32,000 bases of DNA, from the NCBI RefSeq assembly GCF_003367075.2, contig NZ_CP065936.1, forward strand, positions 1,530,001-1,562,000, given 5' to 3'. The position numbers and the translations under genes were made by a program. The notes under the pieces are model-generated. The model did not search any database. It was not told where the DNA came from and worked only from the letters and a program-made list of their open reading frames with translations. Numbering within the stretch: the stretch's first letter is position 1; every line of letters starts with the position of its first letter. This document shows positions 25,636-32,000 of the stretch, in pieces. The stretch is from Cylindrospermopsis raciborskii Cr2010. GTDB lineage: Bacteria > Cyanobacteriota > Cyanobacteriia > Cyanobacteriales > Nostocaceae.

Positions 25636-27038
25636 TTAATTATCTCCGTCCTATCTGCTAATTTGGGACAATACAAAGCCGGTTTCCGCCAAGATGGAAA
25701 GGATATGGCTAAAAACATAAGAGTGCGACTACAGGTAATGGCGGTAAACATGCTAACCCCAACCCCCAATGCTAAAGTGAGAGCAAATCCTTTCACCAAT
25801 CCGGAACCTAACCAAAATAAGGCTGCACAAGCAATCCAGGTGGTAACATTGCTATCTAAAATGCTGGAAAATGCTCGGTAAAAACCAGATTCGACAGATC
25901 TATAAAGAGTTTTACCAGATCTTAACTCCTCTCGTGTACGCTCAAAAATTAGTACATTAGCATCTACTGCCATACCAATACTCAGGATAAACCCTGCTAT
26001 ACCGGGTAGGGTAAGGGTAACTCCTAACAAAGAGAATGTGGCCCAGGTTAAAATGGCGTAAATGATTAGGGAGATATCAGCAATTAATCCTGGTAGTCTA
26101 TAGTATAAAACCATAAAGACTAAAACCAGAGCTAACCCTCCAATACCAGCATAGATACTACTTTGAATACTATCTTGACCTAGGGTAGCACCTACTGTCC
26201 TTCTTTCGGCAATTTCCACCGGTACGGGTAAGGCTCCCCCTCTTAACTGCACACCTAGATTATTTGCTTCTTCCGCTTGAAATCTTCCGGTTATAATTGC
26301 TGACCCACCAGTGATGCCAGTGGCTGCAAACTCTACTCCTACACTAGGAGAGCTAATTAACTCATTGTCCAAAAAAATACCAATCCCTCGTCCAGTCCCC
26401 GCCAATTGTTTGGTCAACTCGGCAAATAGGGCCCCACCTTCATTGTCAAAGCGCAGGGCCACGTTCCAATTGTTTCCTTGGGTAGGCTCTCCATAAGCAT
26501 CTTTTAGGTATTTACCTGTTAGGGGTGGATCCGTGCTGGCAAATAACTCCGCGATCGCCTGATAGTTTTTCTTTAATTCCGCTTGATTTGCAGCAATGGC
26601 GTTTTCATCTTTGCCCTTTCTTAAAGTTTCTTGTTTACTTTTTATATCCAGTTGAGATACTCTTAAACTCTGTAATAAAGTTTCCGTATCTGGCTTTTGT
26701 AGACGAAACTCTAATTGTGCTGTACCACCGAGTACCTTTTCTGCTTGTTGTGGGTCATTTACCCCGGGTAACTGGACGAGAATCTTATCTTTGCCCACGG
26801 TTTGAATGATCGGTTCAGAAACTCCTAAACCATTAATTCTCCCTTCTACAACTTTTTTAACTGCTTCCAGCTCCCTGTCTGTAATCTCTTTGATTTGCTC
26901 TGTTGGTTTCACCTGAATTGTTAACTGAGAACCCCCTTGCAGGTCTAATCCCAAGGGCACTGGAATTTTAACAATTACTGCTATTGCTGCAATAAGTAAA
27001 ATTATGATTAAGGCTAATACGGATCTGTATTTTTGCAT
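25632..27038 (-). CDS. secD: protein translocase subunit SecD
   Basis: 468 aa. Motifs include ..LGLDLQGG.., a large periplasmic domain and ..[17 protein letters not shown].. It is translationally coupled to secF. Confidence 0.93.
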   Translation of the reverse strand: MQKYRSVLALIIILLIAAIAVIVKIPVPLGLDLQGGSQLTIQVKPTEQIKEITDRELEAVKKVVEGRINGLGVSEPIIQTVGKDKILVQLPGVNDPQQAEKVLGGTAQLEFRLQKPDTETLLQSLRVSQLDIKSKQETLRKGKDENAIAANQAELKKNYQAIAELFASTDPPLTGKYLKDAYGEPTQGNNWNVALRFDNEGGALFAELTKQLAGTGRGIGIFLDNELISSPSVGVEFAATGITGGSAIITGRFQAEEANNLGVQLRGGALPVPVEIAERRTVGATLGQDSIQSSIYAGIGGLALVLVFMVLYYRLPGLIADISLIIYAILTWATFSLLGVTLTLPGIAGFILSIGMAVDANVLIFERTREELRSGKTLYRSVESGFYRAFSSILDSNVTTWIACAALFWLGSGLVKGFALTLALGVGVSMFTAITCSRTLMFLAISFPSWRKPALYCPKLADRTEIIK

Positions 27039-27078
27039 AGGGATCTAAAATTAATTTACATTAATAAAAAAGATAAGG

Positions 27079-27117
27079 AAGATTGAGTATCTTTGGCATT
27101 TGCTGATACTCAATCTT
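27079..27117 (-). terminator. 13-bp perfect-stem hairpin with a T-rich tail between pdhB and secD
   Basis: AAGATTGAGTATC (27079-27091) and GATACTCAATCTT (27105-27117) are exact reverse complements with a 13-nt loop. On the minus strand it is followed by CCTTATCTTTTTTATT. Confidence 0.55.
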
Positions 27118-27159
27118 AGCGGTTTATAACCCGAAAATTAAGCCCCGAAAATTAAGCTA

Positions 27160-28143
27160 TTAAACCCGCAAAGCAACCATTTTTTCCACTGCTTCCACCA
27201 CCTGTTCTGGTTGGACAATGGTTAACCTTTCTAAGTTACCGTTGTAAGGTGTGGGAATATCTTGGGAAGAGAGACGCAATACAGGTGCATCCAGTTCATC
27301 AAACAATCTGTCATTGATAGAGGCGGTTAGTTCTGCTCCAATTCCTCCCGTCCTCATACACTCTTCCACCACTATCACCCGGTGAGTTTTGCGAATTGAT
27401 GCACCAATGGTATCAAAGTCAAGAGGCTTCAAAGAAATTAAATCAATAACTTCTGGATCATGTCCCTGTTTCTCCAAAGTTTTCACCGCTTGCATTACAT
27501 GATAGCGCATCCGTGAATATGTGAGAATAGTTACATCTTTTCCTTTACGAACTATCTCCGCTTTATCTAGGGGGAGGATGTATTCTTCCCTAGGCAAATC
27601 CTCTTTCAAGTTGTAAAGCAAAACGTGTTCAAAAAATAACACTGGGTTCTCATCCCGGATTGCGGCTTTTAATAGACCCTTAGCGTTATAGGGTGTGGAG
27701 CAAGCAACAATTTTTAAGCCTGGAACTGCTTGGAAGTAGGCTTCCAGTCTTTGGGAGTGTTCTGCTCCTAATTGTCTACCCACTCCACCTGGACCACGAA
27801 TAACCATGGGGATTTTAAAGTTACCACCGGATGTGTACCGTAACATTCCCGCATTGTTGGAAATTTGGTTGAATGCTAGGAGCAAAAAGCCCATGTTCAT
27901 ACCTTCGATTATAGGTCTTAATCCCGTCATGGCTGCACCTACAGCTAATCCGGTAAAGCTATTTTCAGCGATGGGGGTATCCAAGACTCGCAGATCACCA
28001 TACTTTTTACACAGGTCTTTGGTAACTTTATAGGAACCGCCGTAGTGTCCCACGTCCTCGCCTAGTACAAACACGCTAGGATCGCGGGACATTTCTTCGT
28101 CAATTGCTTCCCGCAGAGCGTTGAAAAATAGTGTTTCTGCCAT
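27160..28143 (-). CDS. pdhB: pyruvate dehydrogenase E1 component, beta subunit
   Basis: 327 aa from ATG 28143 ([18 protein letters not shown]..., the usual cyanobacterial PdhB N-terminus as I recall it). The track's start at 28173 is a TTG that adds 10 residues. It has transketolase-like pyrimidine-binding and C-terminal domains. Confidence 0.93.
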   Translation of the reverse strand: MAETLFFNALREAIDEEMSRDPSVFVLGEDVGHYGGSYKVTKDLCKKYGDLRVLDTPIAENSFTGLAVGAAMTGLRPIIEGMNMGFLLLAFNQISNNAGMLRYTSGGNFKIPMVIRGPGGVGRQLGAEHSQRLEAYFQAVPGLKIVACSTPYNAKGLLKAAIRDENPVLFFEHVLLYNLKEDLPREEYILPLDKAEIVRKGKDVTILTYSRMRYHVMQAVKTLEKQGHDPEVIDLISLKPLDFDTIGASIRKTHRVIVVEECMRTGGIGAELTASINDRLFDELDAPVLRLSSQDIPTPYNGNLERLTIVQPEQVVEAVEKMVALRV

Positions 28144-28261
28144 TAGACCTTTATCAAAATTTATTCCTTTCAAATTCTATCGCGCCTCCGTCTATAATAA
28201 CGTCGGCGATTGCACTATTGATTTGTAATCATGGTCAATCTCCGATTGTATCCTCAATCCA

Positions 28262-29338
28262 TCAATTTGTCAATCGGTCTGAGGTTGGTTGGCGTTCAAT
28301 TGCTAGTTGAATCAATTGGTCAACTAGTTGGGGAAAGCTAATTCCGGTATTTGCCCAAAGTTGGGGATACATGCTTGTGGATGTAAATCCTGGCAAGGTG
28401 TTAATTTCGTTGATTAATATTTCTCCGGTGGACTCCACATAAAAGAAATCTACCCTGGCTAAACCAGCAGCATCAACTGCTGCAAAGGCTTTTAGAGACA
28501 TTTCTTGAATTTGTTCAACTACTGTTTGTGATAGAGGTGCGGGTATTAACAGGTCAGCTTTTCCCTGGGTGTATTTGGTTTCATAATCGTAAAAATCACT
28601 ATTAAAACTGATTTCACCAACCACAGAGGCTTGGGGATGGTCATTACCCAAAACTGCGCATTCTACTTCTCTAGCAACTACTCCAGCTTCAACTATAATT
28701 CGTCTATCATAGGTAGCAGCATTATCTAGAGCCGTTTCTAGTTCTTGACGGGAGCGTACTTTAGCGATACCTACGGATGAACCTAGGTTAGCTGGTTTAA
28801 CAAAGCAAGGATAACCCAATGTGGTCTCAATTTGGTCGCACAGTTTAGGGAACACACAGGGATTTGACCAAATTTGCGCTCTAGTAACGGTTTGGTATTG
28901 GACTTGGGGTAGACCAGCTTGGGCAAAGGCTGTTTTCATAGCAATTTTATCCATTCCCATGGCTGATCCCAAAACTCCAGACCCCACAAAAGGCACTTGC
29001 ATCAAGGTGAGTAATCCCTGAATAGTTCCATCCTCTCCATTGGGTCCGTGCAATATGGGAAACCACAAATCAATTTGGGGAGATTTCTGAGGAAATTGCC
29101 ATAAATAATTGGCTGTGTTGGGGGTATTTTCCTGAGCTGAACCCGATTCTAAGACTTTTCTAGCTATTTCCTCCCCTTGCCATACCCCGTCCTTTTGAAT
29201 GTAAAATGGACATACCTCATATTTTTGGCTATTCTCTCCCGTAGTCAAGGCCTTGGCAATTGCTCCTGCGGAAACTATGGAAACTTCGTGTTCTCCAGAA
29301 CGTCCACCAAATAATAACCCCACCCTCAGTTTTGACAT
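28262..29338 (-). CDS. ddl: D-alanine--D-alanine ligase
   Basis: 358 aa. It has the N-terminus [17 protein letters not shown], an ATP-grasp core and the C-terminal motif EINT.PGFT..S.YP. Confidence 0.93.
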   Translation of the reverse strand: MSKLRVGLLFGGRSGEHEVSIVSAGAIAKALTTGENSQKYEVCPFYIQKDGVWQGEEIARKVLESGSAQENTPNTANYLWQFPQKSPQIDLWFPILHGPNGEDGTIQGLLTLMQVPFVGSGVLGSAMGMDKIAMKTAFAQAGLPQVQYQTVTRAQIWSNPCVFPKLCDQIETTLGYPCFVKPANLGSSVGIAKVRSRQELETALDNAATYDRRIIVEAGVVAREVECAVLGNDHPQASVVGEISFNSDFYDYETKYTQGKADLLIPAPLSQTVVEQIQEMSLKAFAAVDAAGLARVDFFYVESTGEILINEINTLPGFTSTSMYPQLWANTGISFPQLVDQLIQLAIERQPTSDRLTN

Positions 29339-29388
29339 TTTCTTTTCCTCAAGAATCTCTCAAGGTGATAGATTAACATATTGATTTG

Positions 29389-30051
29389 TTAATTTTTTCT
29401 CGCCAGTGTTAATCCATCTGCTATGGGGACTAGACTGAGGGTGATTCTTGAGTCTCGGTGTACTTTTTCATTAAATGCACGAATTTTGCTGGTTTGGTTG
29501 TCTTGTACTTCTGGATCTGCTACTCTTCCTGACCAAAGCACATTGTCTACCGCAATTAATCCACCAGGTCTAATTAATTCTAGCGATCGCTCATAATAAT
29601 TTTCATAGTTCGCCTTGTCTGCATCTATAAAGGCAAAATCAAAGGTTCCTGCTTCCCCTGCTGCTAATAGTTTATCTAGAGTTTCTAATGCTGGAGCCAG
29701 TTGCAGGTCAATTTTATCTGCGACTCCCGCCCTTTGCCAGTATATTCGAGCCATACTAGTGTACTCTTCGCTGATATCACAGGCAATGATTTTGCCATCA
29801 TCAGGTAAAGACAAAGCCACTACCAGGGAACTGTAACCTGTGAATACTCCTATATCCAAGGTCTTTTTTGCTCCTAAGATTTTAATTAGCAGTGCCATAA
29901 ACTGTCCCTGCTCTGGGGAGATCTGCATTATGGACATTGGCAGCTTGGCAGTTTCTTGACGTAATTCGCTGAGAATTTCCACTTCGCGCAGGGAATTTCT
30001 CAGGAGGTAATTATATAAATCCGTTCCTAAACCCAAGGTTTGATTTGTCAT
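29389..30051 (-). CDS. class I SAM-dependent, cation-dependent O-methyltransferase (family 3, caffeoyl-CoA OMT-like)
   Basis: 220 aa. Motifs include ..TLDIGVFTGYSSL.., ..FDFAFIDADKANY.. and ..GGLIAVDNVLW.G.V.., typical of the family 3 OMT fold. Confidence 0.85.
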   Translation of the reverse strand: MTNQTLGLGTDLYNYLLRNSLREVEILSELRQETAKLPMSIMQISPEQGQFMALLIKILGAKKTLDIGVFTGYSSLVVALSLPDDGKIIACDISEEYTSMARIYWQRAGVADKIDLQLAPALETLDKLLAAGEAGTFDFAFIDADKANYENYYERSLELIRPGGLIAVDNVLWSGRVADPEVQDNQTSKIRAFNEKVHRDSRITLSLVPIADGLTLARKN

Positions 30052-30248
30052 GGTATGGTATAAGGGTGATTTTTATCCATTATATCTTCTGCGCACTGGG
30101 AGCAGAGCTGAATATGTTGAGAGATGTTGCGGTCATGCAAAAAGTTGATCTTCGTTCCCAGGTTTAAACTTATAATCTAAAAAATGTTCTTGGAGAGCCA
30201 GGTGTTATTATGTGATATCATCAGCGGTTTGTATTTAAGGGGGTAAAG

Positions 30249-31187
30249 ATGAGTCGTCCAATTATTCTCGGTATTGTCGGTGATAGCGCTGCAGGAAAAA
30301 CTACCCTCACTAGGGGTATAGCCCAGGTGCTAGGACCAGAAAATGTAACTCTCATCTGTACTGATGATTATCACCGGTATGACCGTCAGCAAAGGGCAGA
30401 AACTGGCATTACTGCTCTCCATCCAGACTGTAACCATCTGGACATTATGCAACAACATTTGGCTCTTTTACGCACGGGTCAACCTATTCTCAAACCAGTC
30501 TATAGTCATAAAACGGGAACCTTTGAACCACCTCAATACATTAAACCCAATAAGTTTGTCATTATTGAAGGGTTACTGGGCTATTCTACCCGTGCTGCAC
30601 GTGACGCTTATGATGTCAAAGTCTATCTAGCTCCTCCAGAATCTCTACGAGCTGATTGGAAGATTAAAAGGGATACCCAAAAGCGGGGTTATACCAAAGA
30701 ACAAGTGTTAGCAGAATTAGAAAAGCGGGAACCAGATTCAGAACAGTTTATTCGTCCTCAACGTCAATGGTCTGATATTGTAGTTACCTTCTATCCCCCC
30801 AATGACAATGAAACAGAAAATGGTGGACATCTTAATGTCCGGTTAATCTTGCGCCCTACTATTCCCCATCCTGATTTTACTCAAATTCTTCATCCAGATA
30901 ATGATGACTCAGAATCACCTGTGCGTTTGGGACTGGATAGGGATATGGGTAAACCAGTTGACGTGTTAGAAGTTGATGGACACGCAACTTTAGAACAGGT
31001 TAATAAAATAGAGCATGTTATGTGTAATGATATGCCCCATCTTAGAAATGTGTGCGATCGCGAAATTAATCCTGAACTGGGTAAGATTGCTGGCACAACT
31101 GGGGAAACTTTGCAAAGTTATCCATTGGCAATAACACAATTGATAGTTACCTATCACATGTTGAAGGCGACCCAAGGGCATTCTTAA
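30249..31187 (+). CDS. phosphoribulokinase/uridine kinase family protein (divergent PRK paralogue)
   Basis: 312 aa. Its P-loop is ILGIVGDSAAGKTT, and the motifs ..DDYHRYDR..R....ITALHP.. and ..VIIEGL.. are collinear with PRK. It lacks the P-loop cysteine of the canonical GDSGCGKST. Confidence 0.75.
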   Translation: MSRPIILGIVGDSAAGKTTLTRGIAQVLGPENVTLICTDDYHRYDRQQRAETGITALHPDCNHLDIMQQHLALLRTGQPILKPVYSHKTGTFEPPQYIKPNKFVIIEGLLGYSTRAARDAYDVKVYLAPPESLRADWKIKRDTQKRGYTKEQVLAELEKREPDSEQFIRPQRQWSDIVVTFYPPNDNETENGGHLNVRLILRPTIPHPDFTQILHPDNDDSESPVRLGLDRDMGKPVDVLEVDGHATLEQVNKIEHVMCNDMPHLRNVCDREINPELGKIAGTTGETLQSYPLAITQLIVTYHMLKATQGHS

Positions 31188-31977
31188 AGGAAGGAGCGAG
31201 GGTGTGATGAGACAAAAAGCCATACCAATCATCTAAGCCTGCACCAGTGGTAGCAGAAACTTGATAAACCCGAATGTGGGGATTAACCTTTTTCGCATAG
31301 TCAATACATTTTTCCACATCAAACTGTAAATAGGGCAATAAATCTATTTTAGTCAGGATCATAACATCACTGAGACGAAAGATGTGGGGGTATTTCATGG
31401 GTTTATCTTCCCCTTCTGTAACTGAGAGAATGACAACCTTAGTCTGCTCCCCCAGGTCAAATAATGCGGGACAGACTAAATTGCCCACATTCTCTATCAT
31501 CAATACAGAATCCAAGGGAGGTTGAAGTTCCTGTATTCCCCTTTCTATCATAGCTGCATCTAAATGACAACCTGTACCCGTATTTATTTGTATTACCTTG
31601 CAACCTGTGGATTGGATTTTTTGTGCATCGTTAGTGGTTTCCTGATCTCCTTCGATTACACTAATATTTAACTTGTGTTTTAAGTCATTAATTGTGCGAG
31701 TTAACAGAGTGGTTTTACCTGCACCTGGAGAACTCATCAGGTTGAGAGCTAGGATATTTCGCCCTTTAAACCACCCTCTATTTTGAGCAGCTATTAAATT
31801 ATTTTTGCCTAGAATTTCCTGTTCTAGTGATATGGTTGTGTGGTGAATTTTAGCATGAATATTTGCTGGAGATTGGTCATGTTGGTGATGATGTTCATGA
31901 ATATGGGAATGGCTAATTAGGGTTCCATCAGCTAGGGTATGGGTATGATAGTCCCAATTTACAGGAGGGGTATTCAT
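31147..31977 (-). CDS. hypB: hydrogenase nickel incorporation GTPase HypB
   Basis: 276 aa. It has a His-rich N-terminus (HTHT..HSHIHEHHHQH..HAKIHH), the G1 motif SSPGAGKTTLL, and the motifs ENVGNLVCPA and LTKIDL. Its frame stays open upstream to the window edge, but no further start codon occurs there. Confidence 0.9.
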   Translation of the reverse strand: MNTPPVNWDYHTHTLADGTLISHSHIHEHHHQHDQSPANIHAKIHHTTISLEQEILGKNNLIAAQNRGWFKGRNILALNLMSSPGAGKTTLLTRTINDLKHKLNISVIEGDQETTNDAQKIQSTGCKVIQINTGTGCHLDAAMIERGIQELQPPLDSVLMIENVGNLVCPALFDLGEQTKVVILSVTEGEDKPMKYPHIFRLSDVMILTKIDLLPYLQFDVEKCIDYAKKVNPHIRVYQVSATTGAGLDDWYGFLSHHTLAPSFKNALGSPSTCDR

Positions 31978-32000
31978 ATTAGTAATTCTGGCTTCTTGAT

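Noticed and set aside
28144-28173. A 10-codon N-terminal extension of pdhB ([10 protein letters not shown]).
   Set aside because: It starts on TTG. The ATG at 28143 gives the usual [19 protein letters not shown]-terminus and a 327-aa protein.
20871-31232. Further shadow ORFs: 20871-21080, 21896-22204, 22327-22524, 23194-23532, 24121-24366, 25334-25639, 25663-25881, 26311-26496, 26525-26809, 27806-28033, 28821-29021, 29615-29836, 30364-30630, 30890-31096 and 30990-31232.
   Set aside because: The reasoning is the same. They are embedded in glk, GT2, aroG, the small membrane ORF, secF, secD, pdhB, ddl, OMT and PRK-like/hypB coding sequence, with no independent evidence.
31978-32000. A possible 3' end of an upstream minus-strand gene (hypA?) overlapping the hypB start.
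   Set aside because: Only 23 nt are available. One frame ends in TGA overlapping the hypB ATG (ATGA), another ends in TAA at 31979-31981, and the third is in frame with hypB. This is too little sequence to call any of them.
1-32000. I searched both strands for tRNA/rRNA genes, CRISPR arrays, riboswitch-like leaders, NtcA (GTA-N8-TAC) sites in the intergenic regions examined (fbp-zwf, pdhA-glk), and defence or toxin-antitoxin-like gene pairs.
   Set aside because: I could recognise none by eye. The intergenic regions are short and the genes are overwhelmingly housekeeping. Covariance-model scans (tRNAscan-SE, Infernal/Rfam) and defence-system HMM scans would be needed for a definitive negative.

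Overview
This is a chromosomal, mostly core-metabolic segment of a cyanobacterium, probably a filamentous Nostocales-type genome. The evidence is 13 copies of the HIP1 octamer GCGATCGC, AT-rich DNA, and the cyanobacterial genes and arrangements chlI, fbp-zwf-opcA and pdhB-secD-secF. I call 24 intact protein genes, one IS-disrupted pseudogene, one complete insertion sequence, two copies of a small nested-hairpin dispersed repeat, one in-frame tandem repeat, several intergenic hairpins and one weak promoter candidate. I saw no rRNA, tRNA or CRISPR array. The main theme is sugar and pyruvate catabolism: the 3' end of nifJ, a DHOD-like flavoprotein gene, pfkA, ppsA, fbp, zwf, opcA, pdhA, glk and pdhB, plus hydrogenase maturation (hypB). 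Signalling genes are interspersed: a CBS-PAS hybrid histidine kinase and an orphan CheR-PAS methyltransferase. Housekeeping genes fill the rest (chlI, aroG-type DAHP synthase, secDF, ddl). I did not find a convincing multi-gene novel system such as a defence island or biosynthetic cluster. The items most worth follow-up are: the tight nifJ / cysteine-less DHOD-like / pfkA unit; the orphan CheR-PAS protein with an expanded heptad repeat; the recent IS1634-type insertion into an RDD gene; the nested-hairpin repeat family; and a pair of small membrane-protein genes. The ORF track uses TTG and GTG as well as ATG starts, so several of its longest ORFs look over-extended at the 5' end. I trimmed those where homologue N-termini or geometry supported it.
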